A stretch of DNA of 32,884 nucleotides from Alphaproteobacteria bacterium (GTDB lineage: Bacteria > Pseudomonadota > Alphaproteobacteria > UBA6615): contig JABDJY010000506.1 of assembly GCA_013003285.1 (NCBI GenBank), positions 1 to 32,884 on the forward strand, read 5' to 3'. Within the stretch, counting starts at the first letter, position 1. Every line of letters begins with the position of its first letter. The notes under the pieces were generated by a model. The model saw only the letters and a list, made by a program, of their open reading frames with translations, did not search any database and had not been told where the DNA came from. The position numbers were made by a program, and so were the translations under genes. This document shows positions 17,090 through 25,197 of this stretch, one piece after another.

Positions 17090-17521
17090 TTAGACGGTGA
17101 TGTCGAGGCGTGGCGTGCCGTGCCATCCCAAGGGGATCGCCTCGCCCGGCAGCAGAATATCGTCGTCGAAGGCCAGCGACGGGTACGCGCCGGTGCCAGC
17201 TTCATGGGAAACGGCCGGCCGGACGGCGGGGTCTTCTTCTTGCGCATATCGCTGGGCCGTGAACAGGCTCGTCGCGCCGTGGCCCAATATGTCGGGCGTT
17301 TCGGCGAAGCGCGGACGACGTCCTTTCGCCTCTTCATCTGAACGATCAACCGGTTCGCCCAATTCCGAACGCGAGAAATCACGGCGTACGCGCGCGCTAT
17401 ACGACGTCACTGGATCATGGGCGCCAATACGCTGCGCCGCCGTCCTGGCAGCACGCGTTGCGGGCCCATGTACCGGGTCATGTACGGCGGTCGGGGCCGG
17501 AAGATGCGGAAGAATTAACAC
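17090..17521 (-). CDS. Hypothetical protein (orphan; weak coding signal)
   Basis: 143-aa ORF with balanced composition, unlike the S/R-rich overlapping frames. GC3 is about 66% by hand count, below neighbouring genes and stronger in the C-terminal half. GTG start with no clear RBS. No motif I recognise. Confidence 0.35.
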   Translation of the reverse strand: MLILPHLPAPTAVHDPVHGPATRAARTAAQRIGAHDPVTSYSARVRRDFSRSELGEPVDRSDEEAKGRRPRFAETPDILGHGATSLFTAQRYAQEEDPAVRPAVSHEAGTGAYPSLAFDDDILLPGEAIPLGWHGTPRLDITV

Positions 17522-17540
17522 GATGCGTCCAATGCCATAC

Positions 17541-17712
17541 TGAATAGAACTAAACTTATGTACTTTTATTTAAAATTTCAAGCAAAATTGAGATTTACTT
17601 AACGATTTGTTAACCATAATTATTAACCAAACCATGTATTTTCGGTAATTTATCTTGTACGCGACGAATATTATTACTTTTTATTAACGGTCTAATTGTA
17701 CGTTTATTTTGG
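17541..17712. other. AT-rich island (about 24% G+C by hand count) in the divergent region upstream of the GGDEF-EAL gene
   Basis: Hand count gives 39 G/C in 160 nt (17541-17700). The flanks exceed 60% G+C. Confidence 0.9.
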
Positions 17713-17772
17713 GTTCACACCCCCAGAATTCGCACGATTTTCCGTGCTCACGCCTTCAGGTAGGAGGTTCGC

Positions 17773-19476
17773 GTGTCGTTTGTCGCCGAACTGGCATTGC
17801 CAGGATTGCTACGAGAAGATGATGAATCGGGCGCGTTGTCCGATTTGGTCAGCGTTCTCGTGTCGTCTGGCGATCTGTTCTACGAATGGGATCTGGTCGC
17901 CGATGGTTTGACCTGGGTCGGTCAGACCGGCGACGTGATCGGCGTTGGCGATGCGACGAAAATTGTTACCGGCAGTACCTACCTCCATCGCATTCATCCG
18001 GAAGATCTGCCACGGCGCATGGTGGCGCTGTCGCAGCATTTCGATAGCAGCCAGCCTTTCGATATCGAATATCGCTATCGCCGCGATGATGGCAACTTTG
18101 CTTGGGTTCACGAACGCGCCGTCGCCGCGACCGATGCTGCGGGCACGCCCCGGCGCCTGACCGGGATCGTGCGCGACATCAGCGCGCAAAAAAGTTCGGC
18201 CGAAGAGGTCGATTTCCTCACCAATCATGATGCGCTGACCGGGCAGTTTAATCGCCTGCGATTGCGTGAAGCGTTGGGCCAGGCCGTCGAGACGACCATA
18301 CGCCGCAAGGGGCAAGGCGGCTTCCTGCTGGTCGGGCTCGACAAGCTGAACATCGTCGCCGACGTCTATGGCGACGAAACTGCCGACGCGTTTGTCCTGG
18401 CCGTGGCGCAGCGCATCGAACAATGTTTACGCACCGGCGATATTGTTGGCCGGGTCGGCTTTGACCGGTTCGCCGTTATTCTCGGCGACTGTTCCGAACA
18501 ACAGGTCACCGCGGTCGCCGACCGGTTTCTGGCCACCATTCGCGATACGGCAGTGAACACGTCGAACGGCCCGATGTACGTGACCGCTTCCATCGGCGCG
18601 ACCATGTTTCCCACATCGGCCAAAAATGTGCGCGAAGTTGTGGGCCAAGCCGATAATGCGTTGCGCAGTGCGCGGCGTCTGGGCTGCGATTGCTATCTCG
18701 AGTTCCGCGACGTGCCCCAACAGCATATCCCCGAGCGCCCGGACCTAGTGGTCGCCGAGCAAGTGAAACAAGCTCTGCGCGACGACCGCATTGTTCTGGC
18801 GTACCAGCCGATTGTTGCAGCGCAGGACGGCACGCCGGTCTTCTATGAGGGACTGGTGCGCATGCTTGACGAGGAGAATAAACCGGTTCCCGCAGGCGTC
18901 TTCGTGCCGATCGTCGAACAAATGGGCATGATGCGCTTGGTCGACCGTCGCGTACTCGATCTGGGCATTACCACCTTGAAGGAAAATCCCGAGATATCCC
19001 TATCGATCAATGTCTCCGGCATGACCGCGGTCGATCCGGTCTGGCTACGCCTGTTGCAGGAATATCTTGAGGGCCAACCCGATGTGGCCAAGCGGTTGAT
19101 CCTGGAAATTACCGAGACGATCGCCATCGACGATATCGCCGATTCGTCGCGCTTCGTGCGATCCGTCGCCGAACTCGGCTGTCAGGTGGCGCTCGACGAT
19201 TTCGGCGCCGGCTACACATCGTTTCGCCATTTGCGCGCGCTCAACGTCGATCTGGTCAAGATCGATGGTTCGTTCGTCCGCGATCTACCGACCAACCCGG
19301 ACAATCAATTGTTCGTCAGGACGCTGATCAGTCTGGCCAAGGGGATCGGCCTCAAGACCGTCGCCGAATGGGTAGAAACCGAGGAAGAGGCGGAACTGCT
19401 GCGCAACGAAGGCGTCGACTATTTGCAAGGTTGGCACTACGGCAAGCCCGAAACCGACCCCAGCTGGTTATCCTAA
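17773..19476 (+). CDS. PAS - degenerate GGDEF - EAL protein (probable c-di-GMP phosphodiesterase)
   Basis: PAS-like region ...FYEWDLVADGLTWVG...IHPEDLPR...FDIEYRYRRDDGNFAWVHER... The GGDEF domain carries GFDRF in place of GG(D/E)EF, with RTGD five residues upstream. EAL domain motifs are YEGLVR, SINVS, LEITE, DDFGAGYTSF, KIDGSF, EWVE and YLQGW. GTG start preceded by GGAGG. Confidence 0.9.
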   Translation: MSFVAELALPGLLREDDESGALSDLVSVLVSSGDLFYEWDLVADGLTWVGQTGDVIGVGDATKIVTGSTYLHRIHPEDLPRRMVALSQHFDSSQPFDIEYRYRRDDGNFAWVHERAVAATDAAGTPRRLTGIVRDISAQKSSAEEVDFLTNHDALTGQFNRLRLREALGQAVETTIRRKGQGGFLLVGLDKLNIVADVYGDETADAFVLAVAQRIEQCLRTGDIVGRVGFDRFAVILGDCSEQQVTAVADRFLATIRDTAVNTSNGPMYVTASIGATMFPTSAKNVREVVGQADNALRSARRLGCDCYLEFRDVPQQHIPERPDLVVAEQVKQALRDDRIVLAYQPIVAAQDGTPVFYEGLVRMLDEENKPVPAGVFVPIVEQMGMMRLVDRRVLDLGITTLKENPEISLSINVSGMTAVDPVWLRLLQEYLEGQPDVAKRLILEITETIAIDDIADSSRFVRSVAELGCQVALDDFGAGYTSFRHLRALNVDLVKIDGSFVRDLPTNPDNQLFVRTLISLAKGIGLKTVAEWVETEEEAELLRNEGVDYLQGWHYGKPETDPSWLS

Positions 19477-19492
19477 GACTTAAGACCGGAAC

Positions 19493-20086
19493 TTAGCTCC
19501 GCGACAGTTTGTCGACCTGCTCCTGCAGCGCCTTGAGCTGATCTTTTAGCGCGCTCATATCATCGCCATCATCGGCGTCAGTGGCGTCCGCCGGCGCGCT
19601 TTCGGCTTGCGGCTCGGCGCTGCCGTTCTGAGCGAAGGGTGTGAACATCTGCATCGCCCGCTCGAACATCGCCATATTCTGCTTGCCGATATCATCCCAT
19701 TGGCCAAAGGGGAATATACCGCCCATGGTCTCCTGCATTTTCTGGCGCATGCTTTCCTGGTTCTGCGCGAAGGCATTCATCGAGTGTTCGAGATAGTTGG
19801 GGACGACCGATTGCAGGCTATCGCCGTAAAACCCGATGAGCTGGCGCAGAAATTTGATCGGCAGCAGGTTTTGGCCCTTACTCTCTTCTTCGAAGATAAT
19901 CTGGGTCAACACCGAGCGCGTGATGTCGTCGCCGCTCTTGGCATCGACGACGACGAACTCCACACCCGATTTCACCATCTCAGCCAAATCGTCGAGGGTG
20001 ACATATTTGCTGGTCGCAGTGTTATAGAGCCGCCGATTGGCGTACTTCTTGATCTTAATCGTATCGGGCGATTGGGTTTCGGCCAT
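19493..20086 (-). CDS. phaR: Polyhydroxyalkanoate synthesis repressor PhaR
   Basis: ...IKIKKYANRRLYNTATSKYVTLDDLAEMVKSGVEFVVVDAKSGDDITRSVLTQIIFEEE... ATG at 20086 (MAETQSPD...) is preferred over the track's upstream start at 20212. Confidence 0.9.
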   Translation of the reverse strand: MAETQSPDTIKIKKYANRRLYNTATSKYVTLDDLAEMVKSGVEFVVVDAKSGDDITRSVLTQIIFEEESKGQNLLPIKFLRQLIGFYGDSLQSVVPNYLEHSMNAFAQNQESMRQKMQETMGGIFPFGQWDDIGKQNMAMFERAMQMFTPFAQNGSAEPQAESAPADATDADDGDDMSALKDQLKALQEQVDKLSRS

Positions 20087-20201
20087 GGGACGGGGCACCG
20101 CAGTTTCGGATATTGCAGTCTTATTATAACAGAACCCCTTAAAAATGCTGCAACGCAACGTGGCTGGCCGCAGTGCAGCGAAATCCGATATAGTACGCCT
20201 T

Positions 20202-20696
20202 ATGACGGACACACCCGATTTCGCCGCTCTGGCCCGCGAGTATCTCGATCTGTGGCAGGATCAACTGACGGCGATGGCGGCAGACCCCGCGCTGGCCGCC
20301 CAATCGGCGCGGTTTTTCGAGACAATGGGCCAGGCGGAAACAGCCGCCGGTCCGCAAGCAACGGCGCAAATGGCGGCGATGGCACAGCAGTTTATGACGC
20401 TGGCTGGCCTCGCAGCAGGAGGCAAGGCCGATGACGGTGCAGCACAGCGAGCCACGCCCGAACCCGCGCAGGGCCCTGCGCGAGGGACCGCGCCCCCTGC
20501 CGCTGCACCTGACGACAGCCATCAACAGCTGGTTGAGCTCGCAAGCCGCCTTGCCGCTCTTGAAGAACGGCTCGATCGAATGGAGGCCGGAAGTGGCGGC
20601 GCGCGGGGCAGCGCTAAGCCAGCGACTGGCAAGCGCACTGGCGCAAAATCAAAAAGCGGCGCCAAACGAAAACAGTCCAAGCCCAAATCAAAGTAA
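20202..20696 (+). CDS. Small PHA-locus protein with a coiled-coil segment and a Lys/Arg-rich C-terminal tail (PhaM/PhaF-like by architecture only)
   Basis: High GC3 over 20202-20430. It contains QQLVELASRLAALEERLDRMEA, then ...SAKPATGKRTGAKSKSGAKRKQSKPKSK (11 K/R in the last 28 aa). It is divergent from phaR. The start is ambiguous (ATG 20145 or 20202; neither has a strong RBS). The 3' 266 nt overlap the phaC-like gene. Confidence 0.55.
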   Translation: MTDTPDFAALAREYLDLWQDQLTAMAADPALAAQSARFFETMGQAETAAGPQATAQMAAMAQQFMTLAGLAAGGKADDGAAQRATPEPAQGPARGTAPPAAAPDDSHQQLVELASRLAALEERLDRMEAGSGGARGSAKPATGKRTGAKSKSGAKRKQSKPKSK

Positions 20697-21738
20697 CCTC
20701 GACCTGTTCGATCAAGCCGTCACGCGCGAGGTTTTCGGCCGCCTGCAGGATCTCGCCGCCGGCATCAAAACCTATCGCAGCCATCCCTATCATCGCGATT
20801 TGGCCGAGCCCGCCACCCTATGGCGCGACGGCACCACACGGCTGCTCGATTTCCGGCCCGCCGGCGGTCAGCCGGTGCTGTTCGTGCCGTCGCTGGTCAA
20901 CCGGGCCTATATCCTGGATCTATCGGCCGAGCGCAGCCTGCTGCGCTGGCTCGCCGCCGAAACCGAAATACGCCCGCTGCTGGTCGATTGGGACGCGCCG
21001 GGCGAGGCCGAACGCCAGTTTACCCTAACCGACTACGTCGCCGGACGCCTCGACAGGGCCTTCGATGCCGCCTATGCCACAAGCCCCAATGGCGCTCCGA
21101 TCGCCGTGGCCGGCTATTGCATGGGCGGGCTGCTGGCGCTGGCGCTGGCCATCCGGCGGCAGGACCAGGTGTCGCGCTTGGCGCTGCTGGCCACGCCGTG
21201 GAATTTTCACACCGAACGTGTCGCCCAGGCCGAAGCCGCGGGCCGGGCGATCACCGCCGCCGGCGCCCTACTGCAAAGCACCGGCGAGCTACCGGTCGAT
21301 GTCATCCAGTCGCTGTTCGCCGGCCTCGATCCGTTTTTGGTGTTGCGAAAATTCATCGCCTTCGCACAGCTCGACCCCGCGTCGGACAAGGCAACCCAAT
21401 TCGTCGTGCTGGAAGACTGGCTCAATGACGGTGTCCCCCTGGCCGGCCCCGTGGCGCACGAATGCCTGGCCGGCTGGTATGGCGAGAACAGCCCGCATCG
21501 CCTGCAATGGCGCATCGATGGCGAAATCGTCGACCCTGCTGCCTTCACCAAACCCGCCCTGGTGTTGGTGCCGGAAAAGGATCGTATCGTGCCGCCGCTC
21601 TCGGCCGAGGCTCTGGGACAGGCCCTGCCCGACGCCACTATTGAAATGTTGCCCTTCGGCCACATCGGCATGGTGGCGGGCGCCCGCGCCAAATCGGCGG
21701 TATGGGAGCCCCTGGCGACGTGGCTCGCGGCACAGTGA
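20431..21738 (+). CDS. phaC: Short PHA synthase-like alpha/beta hydrolase (PhaC, class III-like/COG3243)
   Basis: Lipase-box GYCMGG with a catalytic Cys context. N-terminal GPRPLPLHL...W.SS.AALPLL and ...YRSHPYHRDL... motifs are typical of short alphaproteobacterial PhaC-like proteins as I recall them. Later ...DWLNDG... and ...GHIGMV... motifs are also present. Perfect AGGAGG (20417-20422) lies 8 nt before ATG 20431. Confidence 0.8.
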   Translation: MTVQHSEPRPNPRRALREGPRPLPLHLTTAINSWLSSQAALPLLKNGSIEWRPEVAARGAALSQRLASALAQNQKAAPNENSPSPNQSNLDLFDQAVTREVFGRLQDLAAGIKTYRSHPYHRDLAEPATLWRDGTTRLLDFRPAGGQPVLFVPSLVNRAYILDLSAERSLLRWLAAETEIRPLLVDWDAPGEAERQFTLTDYVAGRLDRAFDAAYATSPNGAPIAVAGYCMGGLLALALAIRRQDQVSRLALLATPWNFHTERVAQAEAAGRAITAAGALLQSTGELPVDVIQSLFAGLDPFLVLRKFIAFAQLDPASDKATQFVVLEDWLNDGVPLAGPVAHECLAGWYGENSPHRLQWRIDGEIVDPAAFTKPALVLVPEKDRIVPPLSAEALGQALPDATIEMLPFGHIGMVAGARAKSAVWEPLATWLAAQ

Positions 21739-21782
21739 ATCCAAAGGTGAAACCAGCAGTGAAACCACCGGTGACGCCATAG
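21735..21782 (+). repeat. Four tandem 12-bp units (GTGAATCCAAAG / GTGAAACCAGCA / GTGAAACCACCG / GTGACGCCATAG)
   Basis: GTGA(A/C) recurs at 21735, 21747, 21759 and 21771, an exact 12-nt period. The first unit contains the phaC-like stop codon (TGA 21736-21738). Confidence 0.7.
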
Positions 21783-21918
21783 GGCGGCGGACCGCTGGAC
21801 TCGCTTCCCAGCCAGGGCTATATCCAAATCAATAGTATCGGGGGAAACGCGTCGTGCGGGTTCGGTCAAAGGTGCCGGCGCCGCGAACAAGAACGCAACG
21901 CGAAATAAGGAGAACATC

Positions 21919-23094
21919 ATGACCGAGGTCGTTATTGCCGGCGCAGCACGGACACCCGTTGGCGCCTTTAACGGTAGCTTGTCCGGCCTGAGCGCCGCCG
22001 AATTGGGCACGGTCGCCATCGCCGCCGCCCTGGAGCGCGCCGGCGTGTCGCCGGCAGATGTCGACGAGGTCGTTCTTGGCCAAGTCCTCACCGCCGCGAC
22101 CGGCATGAACCCGGCCCGCCAGGCGCTGCTATCCGCCGGCATCCCGGAAGACCGCACGGCCTATCTGATCAACCAGGTGTGCGGCTCGGGCCTGCGTTCG
22201 GTCGCCCAGGGTTATCAGGCCATCAAGCTGGGGGAATCCAGCATCGTCGTCACCGGCGGCCAGGAAAGCATGAGCCAGGCGCCCCACGCCGCCCATATGC
22301 GCAACGGCACCAAGATGGGCGACACCAAATTGGTCGACACCATGATCAAGGACGGTCTGTGGTGCTCGCTGATGGGCTACCATATGGGCAACACGGCGGA
22401 GAACGTCGCCGAGAAATGGCAGATCACCCGCGACGAGCAGGATGAATTCGCCGCTGGCTCCCAGCAAAAGGCCGAAGCCGCGCAGAGCGCCGGCAAGTTC
22501 AACGACGAGATCGCACCGGTTACCATCAAGACCCGCAAGGGCGACATCGTCTGCGACGTGGACGAATATCCCCGCGCCGGTACGACAGCCGAGACCCTCG
22601 GCAAGCTGCGCCCGGCCTTCGATAAGGAAGGCACGGTGACCGCCGGCAACGCCTCGGGCATCAACGACGGCGCCGCGGCGGCGATTTTGATGAGCGCCGA
22701 CGAGGCCGCCAAGCGCGGCATCACACCACTGGCGCGCATCGCGTCCTGGGCCACCGCGGGGGTCGATCCCGCGGTCATGGGCAGCGGGCCGATCCCCGCC
22801 AGCCGCAAGGCGCTGGAGAAAGCCGGCTGGAGCATCGAGGATGTGGATCTGGTCGAAGCCAATGAGGCCTTCGCCGCCCAGGCCATCGCGGTCAACCGCG
22901 ATCTGGGCTGGGACCCGGACATCGTCAACGTCAATGGCGGCGCCATTGCCATCGGTCATCCCATCGGCGCCTCGGGCGGCCGCGTTCTGGTGACCCTGCT
23001 GCACGAAATGCAGCGCCGCGACGCCAAGAAGGGCCTCACCACCCTTTGCATCGGCGGCGGCATGGGCATCGCCATGTGCGTTGAACGCGATTAG
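21919..23094 (+). CDS. phaA: Acetyl-CoA acetyltransferase (beta-ketothiolase)
   Basis: ...[18 protein letters not shown]...[12 protein letters not shown]...[11 protein letters not shown]...[14 protein letters not shown]...LCIGGGMG... AAGGAG RBS. Confidence 0.95.
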   Translation: MTEVVIAGAARTPVGAFNGSLSGLSAAELGTVAIAAALERAGVSPADVDEVVLGQVLTAATGMNPARQALLSAGIPEDRTAYLINQVCGSGLRSVAQGYQAIKLGESSIVVTGGQESMSQAPHAAHMRNGTKMGDTKLVDTMIKDGLWCSLMGYHMGNTAENVAEKWQITRDEQDEFAAGSQQKAEAAQSAGKFNDEIAPVTIKTRKGDIVCDVDEYPRAGTTAETLGKLRPAFDKEGTVTAGNASGINDGAAAAILMSADEAAKRGITPLARIASWATAGVDPAVMGSGPIPASRKALEKAGWSIEDVDLVEANEAFAAQAIAVNRDLGWDPDIVNVNGGAIAIGHPIGASGGRVLVTLLHEMQRRDAKKGLTTLCIGGGMGIAMCVERD

Positions 23095-23202
23095 CGGTAC
23101 GATTAGAAAATACAAATTTGGGAACGCTTCGCTTTAATCCCCGACCGCAATGGCTGGGCCCGCAGAAGGCCGCCGGACGGGCAAATCTAGGAGTAACAAG
23201 TA

Positions 23203-23925
23203 ATGGCAAGGGTAGCCTTGGTCACCGGCGGCACGCGGGGCATCGGTGAGGCGATCAGCATTGGTTTAAAGGGCGCCGGCCGTGAGGTCGTCGCCGCTTA
23301 CGCCGGCAACGAACACGCCGCGCGCGATTTCAACGAACGCAGCGGCATTCCGGTCTACAAGTTCGACGTCTCGGATTACGAAGCGACGATGGCGGCGATA
23401 CAGCAAATTGAAGCCGACGTCGGGCCGGTAGAAATTCTCGTCAACAATGCCGGCATCACCCGCGACGGCACCATGCACCGCATGGAACACGAGCAGTGGC
23501 AGGAAGTGATGGATACAAATCTCGGCGGTTGCTTCAACTGCTCCCGCGCCGTCATCGAAGGCATGCGCGCACGCAGTTTCGGACGCATCGTCAATATCGG
23601 CTCGATCAACGGTCAGGCCGGACAGTACGGTCAGGTCAATTACGCTGCCGCCAAGTCGGGCATCCATGGCTTCACCAAGGCCCTGGCCCAGGAAGGCGCG
23701 GCCAAGGGCATCACCGTCAACGCCATCGCGCCGGGCTATGTGGATACCGAAATGGTGCGCGCCGTACCGCCGGATGTTTTGGAAAAGATCATCGCCGGCA
23801 TTCCGGTTGGGCGTCTCGGCAAGGCTGACGACATCGCCCGCGGTGTGATATTCCTGACCGCCGACGCCGCCGAATTCATCACCGGATCGACCCTGTCGAT
23901 CAACGGCGGCCAACATATGTACTAA
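23203..23925 (+). CDS. phaB: Acetoacetyl-CoA reductase (SDR)
   Basis: ...ALVTGGTRGIGEAI...NNAGITRD...NIGSINGQAGQYGQVNYAAAKSG..GFTKALA.E.A.KGITVNAI.PGY..T.M... It lies downstream of phaA. Confidence 0.9.
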   Translation: MARVALVTGGTRGIGEAISIGLKGAGREVVAAYAGNEHAARDFNERSGIPVYKFDVSDYEATMAAIQQIEADVGPVEILVNNAGITRDGTMHRMEHEQWQEVMDTNLGGCFNCSRAVIEGMRARSFGRIVNIGSINGQAGQYGQVNYAAAKSGIHGFTKALAQEGAAKGITVNAIAPGYVDTEMVRAVPPDVLEKIIAGIPVGRLGKADDIARGVIFLTADAAEFITGSTLSINGGQHMY

Positions 23926-23949
23926 ACGTGTAAGGACCGCCCCCGACCG

Positions 23950-24681
23950 ATGCTGGAACTGCTGACCGATCCCGCCGCGTGGGCGAGCCTGCTGACTCTC
24001 GCCCTGCTCGAAATCGTTTTGGGTGTCGATAATGTGATCTTCCTGTCGATCGTCTCGTCGCGACTACCGGCCCATCAGCAAGCGAAAGCGCGGCGGATCG
24101 GTTTGATGTTAGCGCTCGCCGGGCGGATCATCCTGCTCTTCGCCTTGAGCTGGATCATCGGCCTCACCGCGCCGTTCTTCGAGATATTCGCCCTCGAAGT
24201 CTCATGGCGCGACATCATCCTGGCGGTCGGGGGCCTATTCCTCATCTTCAAGGCGACCACCGAAATTCATGGCATGCTGGAAGGCGGCGCTGGCGACCAT
24301 GGCAAGCCGGGCGCGGCCGTATTCGCCTCGGTGCTGGTGCAGATTTTCCTGCTCGATCTGGTCTTTTCGCTGGATTCCGTACTCACCGCCATCGGCATGG
24401 CCGAGCATATCGAGATCATGGTCGCCGCCGTGGTGATCGCCATCGGCGTCATGCTGTGGGCCGCCGAACCCATGAGCGCCTTCGTCGAAAAGCACCCCAC
24501 GGTGAAGATGCTGGCGCTTTCGTTCCTGCTGTTGATCGGTGTGGCGCTGATCGCCGATGCGCTGGAGTTCCATATTCCGCGCGGGTTCCTGTATTTCGGC
24601 ATCGCCTTTGCCACCGGCGTCGAGGTCTTGAACCTGCTGGTGCGCCGCCGCACGGCCAAAAGCACGTCAGACCCATCGTGA
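23950..24681 (+). CDS. TerC-family integral membrane protein
   Basis: ...LALLEIVLGVDNVIFLSIV... and a second ...DLVFSLDSVLTAIGM... half-repeat. Multiple transmembrane segments. Confidence 0.85.
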   Translation: MLELLTDPAAWASLLTLALLEIVLGVDNVIFLSIVSSRLPAHQQAKARRIGLMLALAGRIILLFALSWIIGLTAPFFEIFALEVSWRDIILAVGGLFLIFKATTEIHGMLEGGAGDHGKPGAAVFASVLVQIFLLDLVFSLDSVLTAIGMAEHIEIMVAAVVIAIGVMLWAAEPMSAFVEKHPTVKMLALSFLLLIGVALIADALEFHIPRGFLYFGIAFATGVEVLNLLVRRRTAKSTSDPS

Positions 24682-25160
24682 GCCGCGAATATCCCGACCG
24701 CCCCATCGCGGGCGTCGGCATCGTTGTGCTGAAAGGGGATGCGGTGTTGATGATCCGGCGCGGCAAGCCGCCGCGCGAGGGCCAGTGGAGCATTCCCGGC
24801 GGCAAGCAGAAGCTCGGCGAAACCTGGCGCGCCACCGCGGCGCGCGAAGTGCGGGAGGAAACCGGCGTCGAGATCGAGGTGATCGGCATGATCGACGTGG
24901 TCGACGCCATCGTGCGCGAGGGCGATACGCTGGAACCCGGCCAACGGACCGTGCCCGCGGCCGACGACAGCCGGCCGGTTGTCTATCACTACACCCTGAT
25001 CGATTGCGCCGCGGTATGGACCTGCGGCGAGGTGCGCGCCGGCAGCGATGCCGCCCACGCCGAATTTTGGCCGCTCGATCGCCTCGGCGAACTGCCCCTC
25101 TGGTCGGAGACCGTGCGCATCATCACCGAAGCCGCCGCGTTGCGCGATGGGGCGAAATGA
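24678..25160 (+). CDS. NUDIX hydrolase
   Basis: Nudix box GGKQKLGETWRATAAREVREETGV (GX5EX7REUXEEXGU). GTG 24678 overlaps the terC-family stop (GTGA). The 318-aa track ORF from 24204 is an artefactual extension. Confidence 0.85.
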   Translation: MSREYPDRPIAGVGIVVLKGDAVLMIRRGKPPREGQWSIPGGKQKLGETWRATAAREVREETGVEIEVIGMIDVVDAIVREGDTLEPGQRTVPAADDSRPVVYHYTLIDCAAVWTCGEVRAGSDAAHAEFWPLDRLGELPLWSETVRIITEAAALRDGAK

Positions 25161-25197
25161 CGGCACCGTCCCATGAACGCCAACCCGCCGCCTGAAC

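Noticed and set aside
16913-17772. Searched the largest non-coding stretches (also 21739-21918 and 27860-28007) for tRNA, tmRNA or riboswitch-like structure
   Set aside because: There are no T-loop (GGTTCGAATCC-like) or acceptor-stem patterns and no riboswitch cores I recognise, only short hairpins. A covariance-model scan would be needed to exclude sRNAs.
21207-23115. Long minus-strand ORFs (21207..22157, 22129..23115) opposite phaC/phaA. Also 26855..27913(+) opposite asd, 29823..30992(+) opposite leuB, 24267..25166(-), 14156..14812(+) and 11732..12661(+)
   Set aside because: These are classic long antisense ORFs of high-GC genomes. Their composition is Arg/Ala/Gly/His-rich and they have no motifs, while the opposite strands carry unmistakable housekeeping genes.
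23926-23949. Looked for a yybP-ykoY (Mn2+) riboswitch upstream of the TerC-family gene
   Set aside because: Only 24 nt separate the phaB stop from the TerC-family start, which leaves no room for a riboswitch. The gene is probably co-transcribed with phaAB.
24204-24677. Long N-terminal extension of the Nudix ORF (318-aa track ORF)
   Set aside because: The extension is Arg/Gly/His-rich and lies entirely inside the TerC-family gene in another frame. The Nudix domain begins at GTG 24678, overlapping the terC-family stop.
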